Shown here: one piece after another, positions 10,577 through 20,828 of the stretch | Layout of the letters: every line of letters starts with the position of its first letter | How positions within the stretch are numbered: position 1 is the stretch's first letter | Source of the DNA: Rhodospirillales bacterium | GTDB lineage: Bacteria; Pseudomonadota; Alphaproteobacteria; Bin95 | DNA length: 50,935 bases | Assembly: GCA_038143065.1 (NCBI GenBank) | Contig: JAYQLI010000010.1 | Coordinates: 1 to 50,935, forward strand | Reading direction: 5' to 3' | The notes under the pieces: generated by a model | The model's input: the letters and a program-made list of their open reading frames with translations, nothing else | Databases searched by the model: none | Told to the model about the DNA's origin: nothing | Translations under genes and position numbers: made by a program

Positions 10577-12768
10577 TCAAGTTTTAAAGAATGAAACTTG
10601 GTTTTCGATCCGGCTTACGATTTCAGCTAAATCCCTAGAAGTGTGAGCTAAATTCTCAGAAACTGATTGGCTTCCATTTGCAGTAGAATCTAAGTTTTCC
10701 ATAGCATTTTTGATTTCTCTCACGGCACCAGCTTGTTCTTCAGTCGCAGCGGCAATTTCGTTTATCAAATCGGCTGTTTTTTGGATATCGGGGGACACTG
10801 TTTCCACTAAATTACCTGCGTCTTCTGCAATCTTAACTCTATTCGCTGCTAGTTCACCAATTTCTTGAGCGGATTTTTGACTTTGCTCTGCAAGGCTTCG
10901 TACAGCTTCCGCGACCACAGCAAACCCAGCCCCAGCCTCGCCTACACGGGCTGCTTCAATCATAGCATTTAGCGCAAGTAAATCAGTTTGGTTGGCAAAG
11001 TCTTCAATTAAATTTACTCGGCTAGCAATTTCTTTCATAGCCAAAACTGTTTCCTTGACTGCATCACTTCCTTGCGTGGTGATAACCGCAGCATTAGAAG
11101 CAAGCTCATTTGTAGAATTTGCATTTTCCGAGTTTTGAGTAATAGAAACGCTTATTTGGGTAAGAGCAGAGCTAGTTTCTTCAATAGATTGGGCTTGAGA
11201 ATTCGAACTATCATGTACTTTTTCAGCATCAGTGCTCACTTTATTCGACGCTGTTGATAAGTTTTCCACTGCACCTTTAATATCTGACATTATATCTTGA
11301 ATACGTTCGATAAAACCGTTCAAAGCTGCCGCGGTTTTTCCTATTTCGCTTTCTCCAAAATCCGGCAGCCTTATTGTTAAATCACCATCTCCGTCACGCA
11401 GGTTATCCACCGCGGTTAGCATCTGATTAATAGGTTTTGAAATAGCTATCCTGGTAAATATTACTATGATTGATGCTACTGATATCAATGCAACAACGGC
11501 GAGAATAGCAATTGTATTCCTTAGCGAAACAACTGAAGCAAACGCTTCACCTTGGCTGATTTCAGTGATTATCGCCCAGTCCACATCCTGAATTTCTAGA
11601 GGTTTAAATGCAGAAAGGACCGGTGACCCAACATAATCTAATGCCGCTCTGGCATCAGTTATTCCCGAAATAGCATTCTGGACCGAATTAGTAGTAATTT
11701 TTTGTCTGCCTATTGCACTCCCTGTTTTTTCAATTTCTGCTATGATATCTTCGTCCATAGCTGTACTTTTCAATAAATCTAAGTAGGCTGTAGAATTTTC
11801 AATGAATGCTCGCAACTCGTTTTTGATTGTGTAATCGGCGCCAACCATGAAAGACTGTCCAGTTTTTCCTAAGCCAGATCCCTCCCAATTATTTCCGCTT
11901 GTCATAACCAAGTTGATTGCATCAATTGGCATTTGAAATATGACTACGCCAATTAAAGTCTGTTCATCAAATATTGGAGAAGATATGAAAGAGGCAGGGG
12001 CATTGTAAGATGGATGATACGGCGCGAAGTCTGTCAACTTAACGAATTGCTTTTCTTGAGCTTTTCTTGCGGCATCAAACACTGCGGCAAAATTTGTTTT
12101 TGAATATGCGCCTGAGGTTAAGGATGTTCCATAGTCTGCTTCTTTGAAAACTGAATAAACAATATTGCCATTATAAGGCTCGACGAGAAATATATCGTAA
12201 AGCCAAATTGTTCTAAATAGTTTTTGATAATTGGATGATACTCGGCGTGAAATTTAGTATAGGTACTAACATCGTCGGCCGCATTAAGTTCATGCTTTGA
12301 ACCTAATGAGTTTTCGTTTGAAGAAATATACAAGTCCTGCAATAATTGCACTTTGGGATCTTTGGGAAAATAATCTTTGAAATTTGCGGTATAACCCAAA
12401 TTTTCGGATAATTTTGGCAAATACTGCTCTTTGTAGTAACTTTCCAGGCGACTTTTGTATCCCCGGCTTTGAGCAGAAGTTAGCCCAATTTCAATCTCGA
12501 CTGTTTCGAATGCATCGGCAAAATCCTTCATGGCATTTACTACCATTTTATTTTCAGAAAAAGTCTCTATCTGAGCTCTAATTTGTTTAAAATAATTTTC
12601 AATTTGTTTAGCTTGCATTTCCCTTACTGCAGTTAACTTAGAAAAAGATTCTTTTTCGAGAGCAATTTGAGATGATCTGATGCTCAAGACAGAAATAATG
12701 GCGATTGCGGCTAGTAAGATGGGAGTGTAATTACCGATACTTTTACGCCAACGTTCAGGTTCTTCCAT
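10577..12768 (-). CDS. Methyl-accepting chemotaxis protein (TM, large periplasmic Cache-like domain, TM, HAMP, signalling domain); frameshift near 12200
   Basis: [34 protein letters not shown]; HAMP KPINQM...GDLTIRL...EIG; two hydrophobic helices; periplasmic [20 protein letters not shown]. Confidence 0.92.
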
Positions 12769-12942
12769 TTTTGCATGACTTTATCCTTTTAGTGCGCGGC
12801 GTACTTTATATGCTTGTGATAGGTTAGTGTTTATTTCACCTCTCCGTCAATAATCATCACCATTATCAATCCATTTATTGGAAGGGGAGAATTAAAATCT
12901 AACAAGTTAAGTTTTTAACGATTCTCTCAGCCCAACTAGCCT

Positions 12943-13364
12943 AAACATCCATCCCTCCTTGATCTTTCGACTGGACTTTTCTTGCACCGTATAGCTGTGT
13001 AACTGCGCCCGAAGAGTGTCGGGCTCTGCTCGGTGCGAGATGATTGTACGGAGTGGATGATGAGACTTGATCTGGATGGTTTGGCGGCTGCCTCGCGCGA
13101 GGCGCTGATGTCTGAATGGCGAGCGGTTGTGGGCCAACCACCTCCAAAGCACTTAAGTAAGCCTCTGATGGTGCAGATTTTGAACCACGCCTATCAGCTG
13201 GATTATGTTGGCGGATATACAAAGCGTTTGGATAGTCGCCTCAAGAGCGCAGCGCGGCGCGATGTGGTTCGGCCTGCCTTTAAACCCGGAAGCCGCTTTG
13301 TGCGCGAGTATCATGGGATCACCCATGTGGTTGAGGTGGGAGATGACGGGCGCTTTATGTGGAA
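12943..13364 (+). repeat. Repeat unit copy 2: leader plus a longer DUF2924-type fragment, cut by IS6
   Basis: Direct repeat of 1-274 that extends further into the gene. Confidence 0.85.
13057..13364 (+). pseudogene. DUF2924-type protein, C-terminally truncated by IS6
   Basis: LDGLAAASREALMSEWRAVVGQPPPKHLSKPLMVQILNHAYQ...KPGSRFVREYHGITHVVEV..DGRFMW matches my recollection of DUF2924 (PGxRLVREWxGxxHxVxV). The conserved SLSxIAxxITGxxWxG end is missing. Confidence 0.75.
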
Positions 13365-14096
13365 GGTGCTGTCAGACAAACCAGCCCAAGCATCAGTGTT
13401 TAATTGGTGGCTATTTCTATGAGGTCACTAAAGAGCGCCACTCGGTGAGAGCAGCGTCACGGTTTAGTTTGAATGTACTACGTTTTGAGAGTGACCTTTG
13501 CGAATTGAATAGATTGTGAAACGAGGCATGGATTGAGGCGAACTTCTGTAGACTGTGCATTCGTCTAAATCGAAGCATGGCCCTTTCCCGTCGTCGACAT
13601 GGTAAATGTGAATTCTCTACTCTGTTATTTGCCCATCGCTTAGTAACTTGCTTTTCTGCACAGCCTAACTCTCGTGCTGCCGCGCTTTAGGGTCGAAGCT
13701 TATCTGTAACGATCTCGTTTGGTGATCCATAGCGCCGCATGGCTTTCTTCATGAACTTTAAAGCTGCTTTTTTGTCTCTCTTTTTGGTGACATAGATTTC
13801 TAACACCTCACCTTCATGATCGACTGCACGCCATAGGTAATGTCTTTCACCATTTATCTTCACAAAGACTTCATCTAGGTGCCATTTCCAATTACTGGAC
13901 TGCATGCCCCTGCCCTGCGCTTCTTGATCTGGCTTGCGAACTGAGAACCAAATCTATGCCACCAGTACCGAACAGATTCATAGCTCACATCGACACCGCG
14001 TTCATGCAGAAGGTCTTCTACATTTCTCAGTGAGTGGAAACCTCACATACAGCATAATGGCAAGTTGAATGATCTCAGGGCTGGTTTTGAAATAGC
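13365..14096 (-). mobile_element. IS6-family element copy 2, lacking the transposase 5' end and second inverted repeat
   Basis: Starts with ggtgctgtcagacaaa. Similarity to copy 1 stops after ttttgaaatagc (14096). The transposase is fragmented. Confidence 0.88.
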
Positions 14097-14632
14097 AGCA
14101 TCGACAGCACGCATGAAGGTGCCGCAAGTGCGATATGCACATATTGCTTCAATATAAGATGTTTTTTATCCGCGGAGATAGATGCATTGAAGCGCGGGAA
14201 TTTGAGCAAACATTCGGCGAGCGCTCTGAGATGAAAGGCCAATGCGGTTAACTTAACACCGCGCTGTTGAGCTTCAGATTTCACTCTTTCGCGAAATGCT
14301 TCAATGGCACTGATCTCGACATAATCATGGTGCGTGACTTGAGGAATCATCGCATTTGCAGCTGAAAGATTCGCTTCTGCGACCTGCTCAATGCGGGTCA
14401 AGGATTCTACGCTTATGGGTCCGAATTGCGCGTGGTCAATCGCCCAATATTCTGCCGTATTTGCCACGGCTGACGCAACACTGATGCCTAGATTTGTGTT
14501 TGGCGTTGCGCAAAAGTGGTCAATATCCTCTTTACCCAGCACGCTCCGTTTAAGCGAGGTTGCAACGTCAACTAACGTCACATTTTTTTCAGCCGCATAA
14601 GCCCGCACGCTTGGTGATGCCTGAACCTCCAT
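14097..14632 (-). pseudogene. 2-oxoacid dehydrogenase E2 acyltransferase without lipoyl domain, truncated at the IS6 junction
   Basis: Begins with a subunit-binding motif (ASPSVRAYA), then IPQVTHHD and FPRFNASI...YVHIAL. The frame then runs into IS6 sequence before the catalytic DHRxxDG. Confidence 0.8.
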
Positions 14633-14641
14633 TAAATTACT

Positions 14642-16068
14642 CTACCAACTGGCTGATATATATTGGGTTTCCATAAACTCATGCATGCCTTCATGCCCCC
14701 CCTCGCGGCCGAGACCAGATTGCTTTGTGCCGCCAAAAGGCGCAGCTGGGTCAGATACCAACCCGCGGTTCAAGCCGACCATTCCATAATCCAGCCGTTC
14801 ACAAACTTGCAAAGCCCGTTTCATATCTTCCGAGAACACATAGGCCACCAGTCCATATTCGGTATCATTGGCGCGGCGAATAACATCCTCTTGATCGTTG
14901 AAAACTTGAAGCGCAGCAACAGGCCCAAAAATTTCATCCCCCACGCAATCTGCAGTTTCTGGAACGCCCGACAATACTGTGGGCGGGTAGAAAAATCCTT
15001 TTCCCGTGGGTAACACGCCCCCAAGTTCCACTTTGGCGCCTTTTGCAACCGCGTCCTGCACAAATGCATCCACCTTATTGCGGGTATCTGAATTGACCAA
15101 CGGGCCTACATCTATGCCTGCCTCTAAACCATTGCCGATTTTCAACTCCGCCATGGCAGATGTGAACTTTTCGGTAAAGGCTGGCGCAATACTTGAATGC
15201 ACATAAATTCGATTTGCCGCTGTACAGGCCTCGCCCAAATTGCGCATTTTTGCCAGCATCACGCCTTCCACCGCCACATCAAGATTAGCATCCTCAAAAA
15301 CAATCGCAGGAGCATTCCCCCCAATTCCATAGCCGGTTTCAAGATTTGGTCAGCGGCAGAATGCAGCAACTTACGCCCCACTTCAGTCGACCCTGTAAAA
15401 CTGACTACCCGCACGCGCGGATCGTGTAACATGTGATCAACCAGCACGCCGGTGTTGCGGGATGGAAGAACGTTGACCACCCCTTTGGGCACCCCAGCTT
15501 CTTCTAGAAGCGGCATAAGCGCCAGCATTGTTAAAGGCGTTTCCGATGCTGGCTTTATAATGACCGCGCAACCGGCCGCCAAAGCAGGGGCAATTTTACG
15601 CGTTCCCATAGCCGCAGGGTAATTCCAAGGAGTCACCAAAACCGCAATCCCGGCTGGCTTATGCTGAACAATGATCCGCGCCCCTGAAGCGGGCGCATGG
15701 GAAATCAGACCGTCTACGCGCACCGCCTCTTCGGCAAACCAGCGAAAAAACTCGGCAGCATAGTTGGCTTCTCCCATCGCATCGGCATTTGCCTTGCCAT
15801 TTTCTAGCGTGATTAAACGTGCAAATTCTGGCAATCGCGCCGTCATTAATTCCCAAGCTTTGCGCAAAACTTCCGAACGATCCCGCGGCGATCGTGCAGC
15901 CCATTCTTGCATGGCGATGGAAGCCGCATTTAATGCCAAATCGGCATCAAAAATATCCGCAGAGGCAACCGATGCAATCACATCCTCTGTTGCAGGGTTC
16001 ATCACATCAAAGCGCTGGGCGGACTGGCTTGGCACCCAATTCCCATCAATATAAAGGTTAGTTTGCAT
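14642..16068 (-). CDS. NAD-dependent succinate-semialdehyde dehydrogenase-like aldehyde dehydrogenase (frameshift in C-run near 15320)
   Basis: TPWNYP, IKPASETP, SFTGSTEVG, MELGG, RNLGEACTAANR, EIFGPV, APFGGTKQSGLGREGG. Confidence 0.88.
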
Positions 16069-16087
16069 GACGATAGTCTCCATTCCC

Positions 16088-17440
16088 TTAAAGAAGCTGT
16101 CTCAACGGATCCTCTAAACGCGCTGCAAAATCTGATATAAACGCCACGGCTGCGAAGTCAGACATAGCATTGGCAGAAAATTCAAAGGATATCAGATAAT
16201 CCGTGGCTGTTTTTTGGACGGTGATGCTGGGATAGCTGTGATCCAAGTGCAGAGCAGTAATTAAACTTTTACTCAGGGTTCGAATTATAAAATTGGGTGG
16301 ATTTTGGGTATTGCATTGCACCGCACGCGACAGGCGCTGCGTGTCTAAGTTTTCATAAATTCCAATTGGCGTTAAAAGCTCTGCGACTTCAACGATCACC
16401 GCTGCATGTGTTTGATTTTGATTGCGCCAAGCAGCAGAGGCAAAACTGGCCCAGACCAAATAGTCATATATCTCAATATCCGCCTGCTCTTTTAACTTTG
16501 CGAGAAAGCTTTCTACACCAATGACGGGAATAGCCGCATTAATGCGCTTATTATTTCCTAAGACAGATTTTTCTGTGTTTAGTTGAGGCAAGTCATCAAA
16601 GCGCTCAAGATCAGCAACGTGATACGGCTGGGCATATCCAGCCTTTGCCAAAAGGCTCAAATCTAAGTCATTTTCCAAGGCCAAACGCCGCGCTTTTGGT
16701 GAGGCCAAAATTTTCCCTGAACCTGCCACTACATCCGTTGTTTGGCTTCCCGGTTGTATAAAGCGGGGTTTTAAACCAGATGTCATTGCAACCGAGGTCG
16801 GTGTCTCGGCTGGAACTATAATAGGCTTTGGAAGCGGCTGCCGAGGCGCGGCAATACCCGAAGGTTTAACATTCGAAAGGGTCGCAATAACAGAACCTAC
16901 CGGAACCTCTTGACCAGCGCCCACGAATAAATTGGCTACAAAGCCAGCTTTTCCCGCAGGCACTTCCATAGTGGCTTTATCCGTTTCTACTTCAAGCAGA
17001 ATATCATCAACATCAATTTCCTCACCAACCTGTTTATGCCAGGCGATCACACGCCCAGTTTCCTGTGCCATACCAAGGGCTGGCATAACTATCTGCGATG
17101 TCACATCTATATTTGCAGGGATTGCCTCTGTTGATGTAGCACCATGCGGGGCAACCCCACTGGGCTTCTCTGTTTGGCTTATTTGCGTGCTTAACACCTC
17201 TTCAGGATCCAAAATCACCGCAACCACCTGCCCTACCGGCACACTCTCTCCGGCAGCTGCTTTTACATCGCTCAATACCCCCGCAGCAGATGACTCAACT
17301 TCCATAACAGCCTTATCTGTTTCAACTTCCATCAAGGCATCACCCAGCGAAACCTGATCCCCTGGTTTTTTCAACCAAGATAGGATTACGCCGGTTTCTT
17401 GTGCCATCCCCAAGGCGGGCATGATCACGTCATGCGGCAT
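16088..17440 (-). CDS. E2-like lipoyl carrier: two lipoyl domains, subunit-binding domain, degenerate acyltransferase domain
   Basis: EVETDKA occurs twice, plus ILASPKARRLA. The C-terminus (ISFEFSANAMSDFAAVAFISDFAARLEDP) lacks DHRxxDG. Confidence 0.85.
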   Translation of the reverse strand: MPHDVIMPALGMAQETGVILSWLKKPGDQVSLGDALMEVETDKAVMEVESSAAGVLSDVKAAAGESVPVGQVVAVILDPEEVLSTQISQTEKPSGVAPHGATSTEAIPANIDVTSQIVMPALGMAQETGRVIAWHKQVGEEIDVDDILLEVETDKATMEVPAGKAGFVANLFVGAGQEVPVGSVIATLSNVKPSGIAAPRQPLPKPIIVPAETPTSVAMTSGLKPRFIQPGSQTTDVVAGSGKILASPKARRLALENDLDLSLLAKAGYAQPYHVADLERFDDLPQLNTEKSVLGNNKRINAAIPVIGVESFLAKLKEQADIEIYDYLVWASFASAAWRNQNQTHAAVIVEVAELLTPIGIYENLDTQRLSRAVQCNTQNPPNFIIRTLSKSLITALHLDHSYPSITVQKTATDYLISFEFSANAMSDFAAVAFISDFAARLEDPLRQLL

Positions 17441-18423
17441 GGATCAACTCGCCTGAGCATAGTTTTCTTGCCATTTCAGCCACGCCGGCAGGGGTTGGAA
17501 CCGTCAAATCCTCAAGCACTGGAGAAAACGGCACCGGCACATCCATTGCCCCCATCCGCATGACTGGAGCATCTAAATGATAGAATGCCTTTTCGGTCAG
17601 TCGGCTGGCAATTTCTCCGGTAATTCCATAGCTCTGATGGCCTTCATCTATCACGATTGCTCGGCTGGTTTTTTCACCGAAGCGATCAAGGTTTCTTCAT
17701 CAAGGGGTACGATCGTGCGCGGATCAATCACCTCGGCGCTGATGTCCTGTTCTGCCAATATATCAGCGGCTTGTTCGGCGACTTGAACCATCGATGAGGT
17801 TGCGATCAGGGTGATATCAGTGCCCACTCGCTTTATATTTGCCACCCCAAACGGAATAAGAAACTCTTCCTCAGGCACCAGCGCCTTATCATTATACATG
17901 AGCTTATCTTCAAAAATCACCACCGGATTATTGTCCCGGATAGCGGTTTTCAAAAGCCCTTTCGCCTCATAGGCCGATGACGGAAGAGCCACTTTTAAGC
18001 CAGGAATGTGCGCCACCAAAGCATGTAAAGATTGACTATGCTGCGCAGCAGACCGACGGGTGGCGCCCAAATTGGTGCGTAGCACCAATGGTACATTGAG
18101 CTTGCCCCCGACATATAATGGGTTTTTGCCGCTTGGTTGCATAATTGATCCATGATTAAAAATAGAAAATCGCCAAACATCAAATCTACGATTGGTCTGC
18201 TGCCCGTCATCGCAGCACCGACCGCTATGCCCATAAACCCGGGCTCAGCAATCGGAGTATCAACAATGCGATCCGTCCCAAATTCTTCGACAAGACCAGA
18301 AAGTATTTTGAACGGAGTGCCCGCTTCAGCAACGTCTTCCCCAAGCAAAAAAATCGTTTCATCGCGCCGCATCTCTTCGGCAATCGCCTCATTAACAGCC
18401 TTAGAAAGGGTGATTTCACGCAT
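17430..18423 (-). CDS. TPP-dependent dehydrogenase E1 beta subunit (AcoB/PdhB-like), frameshifted near 18105 and 17675
   Basis: LLGEDVA, DTPIAE, AAQHSQS, IPGLKV, EVIDPRTIVPLD, LDAPV. Confidence 0.9.
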
Positions 18424-19423
18424 GCTCTTCTCCCATCTGCGGCGTGGCTGCAAAAACATGCAAACCCACCTCTGTTTCGCTGGGATAGGCAGCGTTCAAA
18501 GCATATTCCACCGCGTCTGAAGCCTCGGTTTTAATCTCCGATTGCAAGGCGTTTAACTCGTCTTCAGAAGCAATTCCTTGCGACGATAACCAGGCCCCAA
18601 AATTTTTGATCGGGTCACGGTTGTTTTTCCACTCGGCTTCTTCTTCCTTTGAACGGTAATATTCTCGGTTAATATCGCCAACATGATGCCCATGATAGCG
18701 ATAGGTCAGCAGTTCCATAAAAAATGGGCCCTCGCCTTTCCGGCAGCGTTCAGCCAGACGCTGCGTGCACTCATTCACCGCCAATACGTCTTGGCCATCC
18801 ACCTGCAAGGCCTCAATTCCGAAAGCCTCTGCTCGCGCTGTGATATCGCCAGCCAGCGTTTCTTCAACCTTGGTGTATTCGCCATAGAGATTGTTTTCGC
18901 AGGCATAAATCACCGGAAGCTTCCACAGCGCGGCCATATTCATGACCTCATACATCAAGCCTTGCGCTGTAGCCCCATCACCAAAAAAACACACAACAAT
19001 ATCAGAAGTTCCTAAGCGCTTAGCCGACAAAGCAGCACCCGTCGCGATGCCCATTGAGCCCCCCACAATGGCATTTGCTCCTAAATTGCCATTTGATTGG
19101 TCGGCAATATGCATCGATCCGCCTTTGCCACGGCAATAGCCCTCTTCTTTGCCCAAAAGCTCACAAAACATCAGCTTCAGATCCGCACCTTTGGCCAGAC
19201 AATGGCCGTGCCCACGATGGGTTGACGTGATCTTATCGCTGGTTGTTAACGCTTCACAGATCCCAACAGCTACCGCTTCTTGCCCTGAATACATATGCGT
19301 AAGACCTGGCATTTTGGCAGATAGATATAATTGATTTGCGTTATCTTCAAAGGCCCGAATACGCATCATCTGCATATACATTCGCATATATTCTGCAGAA
19401 TTTGTTTGGTTTTTTTTAGACAT
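18416..19423 (-). CDS. TPP-dependent dehydrogenase E1 alpha subunit (AcoA/PdhA-like)
   Basis: GQEAVAVG, STHRGHGH, GKGGSMH, GDGA...ENN TPP motif, TYRYHGHH. Confidence 0.92.
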   Translation of the reverse strand: MSKKNQTNSAEYMRMYMQMMRIRAFEDNANQLYLSAKMPGLTHMYSGQEAVAVGICEALTTSDKITSTHRGHGHCLAKGADLKLMFCELLGKEEGYCRGKGGSMHIADQSNGNLGANAIVGGSMGIATGAALSAKRLGTSDIVVCFFGDGATAQGLMYEVMNMAALWKLPVIYACENNLYGEYTKVEETLAGDITARAEAFGIEALQVDGQDVLAVNECTQRLAERCRKGEGPFFMELLTYRYHGHHVGDINREYYRSKEEEAEWKNNRDPIKNFGAWLSSQGIASEDELNALQSEIKTEASDAVEYALNAAYPSETEVGLHVFAATPQMGEEHA

Positions 19424-19481
19424 TATATTCCGTACTCATGATTTGAACTGCATGTGCAAACTACGCTACACGCCAAATTGT

Positions 19482-20786
19482 TTAATAGCGGTTGGCAATC
19501 GGCAGCTCTTCGGCAGGAAATAAACTAATCACTTCGCAGCCCGTATCCGTCACCACGACCTCTTCTTCGATACGTGCGGCTGAATAGCCGTCAGTGGCAG
19601 GACAATAGGTTTCAAGCGCAAACACCATGCCCGTTTTTATTTCCATTGGATGATCCATACTGACCGCCCTGCTGATAATAGGGCGCTCATGCAAGGCCAG
19701 ACCAAGACCATGCCCAAATTGCAACCCAAAAGCCGCGTCTTCATTTGGAAAGCCCAAGCTTTCGGCCGTTGGCCAAACCTCGGCCACTTTATCTGTGCTC
19801 ACGCCCGGCTTGATCATTTGGATCGACGCCTCGAGCCATTCACGCGCCTTGATATAGGCATCGTTTTGAGACGGCGTTGCTCGTCCAACATTGAAGGTTC
19901 TGTAATAACAGGTGCGATATCCCTGATAACTTTGCAAAATATCGAAAAATGCCTGATCGCCAGGACGGATCAGTCGGTCTGTGAAATTATGAGGATGCGG
20001 ATTACACCGTTCTCCTGAGATGGCATTGATCGCCTCGACATCATCAGAGCCCATTTCATACAGCATTTTATTTGACAAGGCGACGATGTCATTTTCACGA
20101 ACACCTGGTTTCAGTTCCTCATAGATCATATGGTAAACACCATCCACCATGCTCGCCGCTTGCGTGAGAAGTTGAATTTCATCCCAATTCTTAATCTCGC
20201 GCGCGGCCAGCATGATCTGTTGGCCATCAATCACATTAATGCCTTCTTCTTGAAGCGCGTGAAACATAGCCGTTTCCGCATAATCGACCCCAACGGGCAT
20301 ATCTGCCATTCCTGCATCTTTGATCAATCCAGCGATTTGCTTGGCGTATTTCTTCATCAACCCAAACTCGGGCGGAATCGTCCCCCGCATACCGACCACA
20401 CCGGCCAGACAATGATCTGGTTCCAACCAGTCAGAATATTTTTGGTGATGCACTGCAGCGGACCCGAAATCCCACACATATGGGCTATCATCACCTGTTA
20501 AGAGGCAAAAACGGCACATTTTATCGCGTTCCCATTCGCCGATTTTAGTCGCCGAAACATAGCGGATATTGTTCACGTCAAAGAGTAATAGCGTGCCCGC
20601 ATTAGAGGCTTTCAAAGCTTGGCGCGTGCGACTTAGGCGGTAGCGACGCAACCGATCATGATCAACGCGCCGCTCAAAATCAACCGATGTGTGCCCCCAG
20701 GCTGGTAAACGACCCTCCCAGCGCCAATTTGGTTCAAGATCAGCTGGCGTTAACACGTTAGGATGTAAGGCATTGGGCGTTGTCAT
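19482..20786 (-). CDS. M24-family (Xaa-Pro peptidase/creatinase fold) hydrolase
   Basis: LLFDVNNIRY N-domain; FFDI..SYQGYRTCYYRTF, FGHGLGLALHE.P, FALETY, RIEEEVVVT. Confidence 0.85.
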   Translation of the reverse strand: MTTPNALHPNVLTPADLEPNWRWEGRLPAWGHTSVDFERRVDHDRLRRYRLSRTRQALKASNAGTLLLFDVNNIRYVSATKIGEWERDKMCRFCLLTGDDSPYVWDFGSAAVHHQKYSDWLEPDHCLAGVVGMRGTIPPEFGLMKKYAKQIAGLIKDAGMADMPVGVDYAETAMFHALQEEGINVIDGQQIMLAAREIKNWDEIQLLTQAASMVDGVYHMIYEELKPGVRENDIVALSNKMLYEMGSDDVEAINAISGERCNPHPHNFTDRLIRPGDQAFFDILQSYQGYRTCYYRTFNVGRATPSQNDAYIKAREWLEASIQMIKPGVSTDKVAEVWPTAESLGFPNEDAAFGLQFGHGLGLALHERPIISRAVSMDHPMEIKTGMVFALETYCPATDGYSAARIEEEVVVTDTGCEVISLFPAEELPIANRY

Positions 20787-20828
20787 TTAATATCTCCTCG
20801 AGCAGCTCGATTTTGGATTTTCATGTGA

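Noticed and set aside
275-14096. Classical composite transposon with target-site duplication around the chemosensory cluster
   Set aside because: The IS6 copies are diverged, the second lacks its outer end, and no flanking duplication is visible. The shared DUF2924 leader is also unexplained by that model.
16088-19423. Housekeeping pyruvate dehydrogenase (pdhABC)
   Set aside because: The context is accessory and catabolic, the E2 is degenerate and no E3 is present. The substrate cannot be assigned, so no symbols were given.
19482-20786. DMSP lyase DddP
   Set aside because: Same fold and a similar FDxxNIRY motif, but a metal-ligand Asp is replaced by Cys and the context is sugar-type catabolism.
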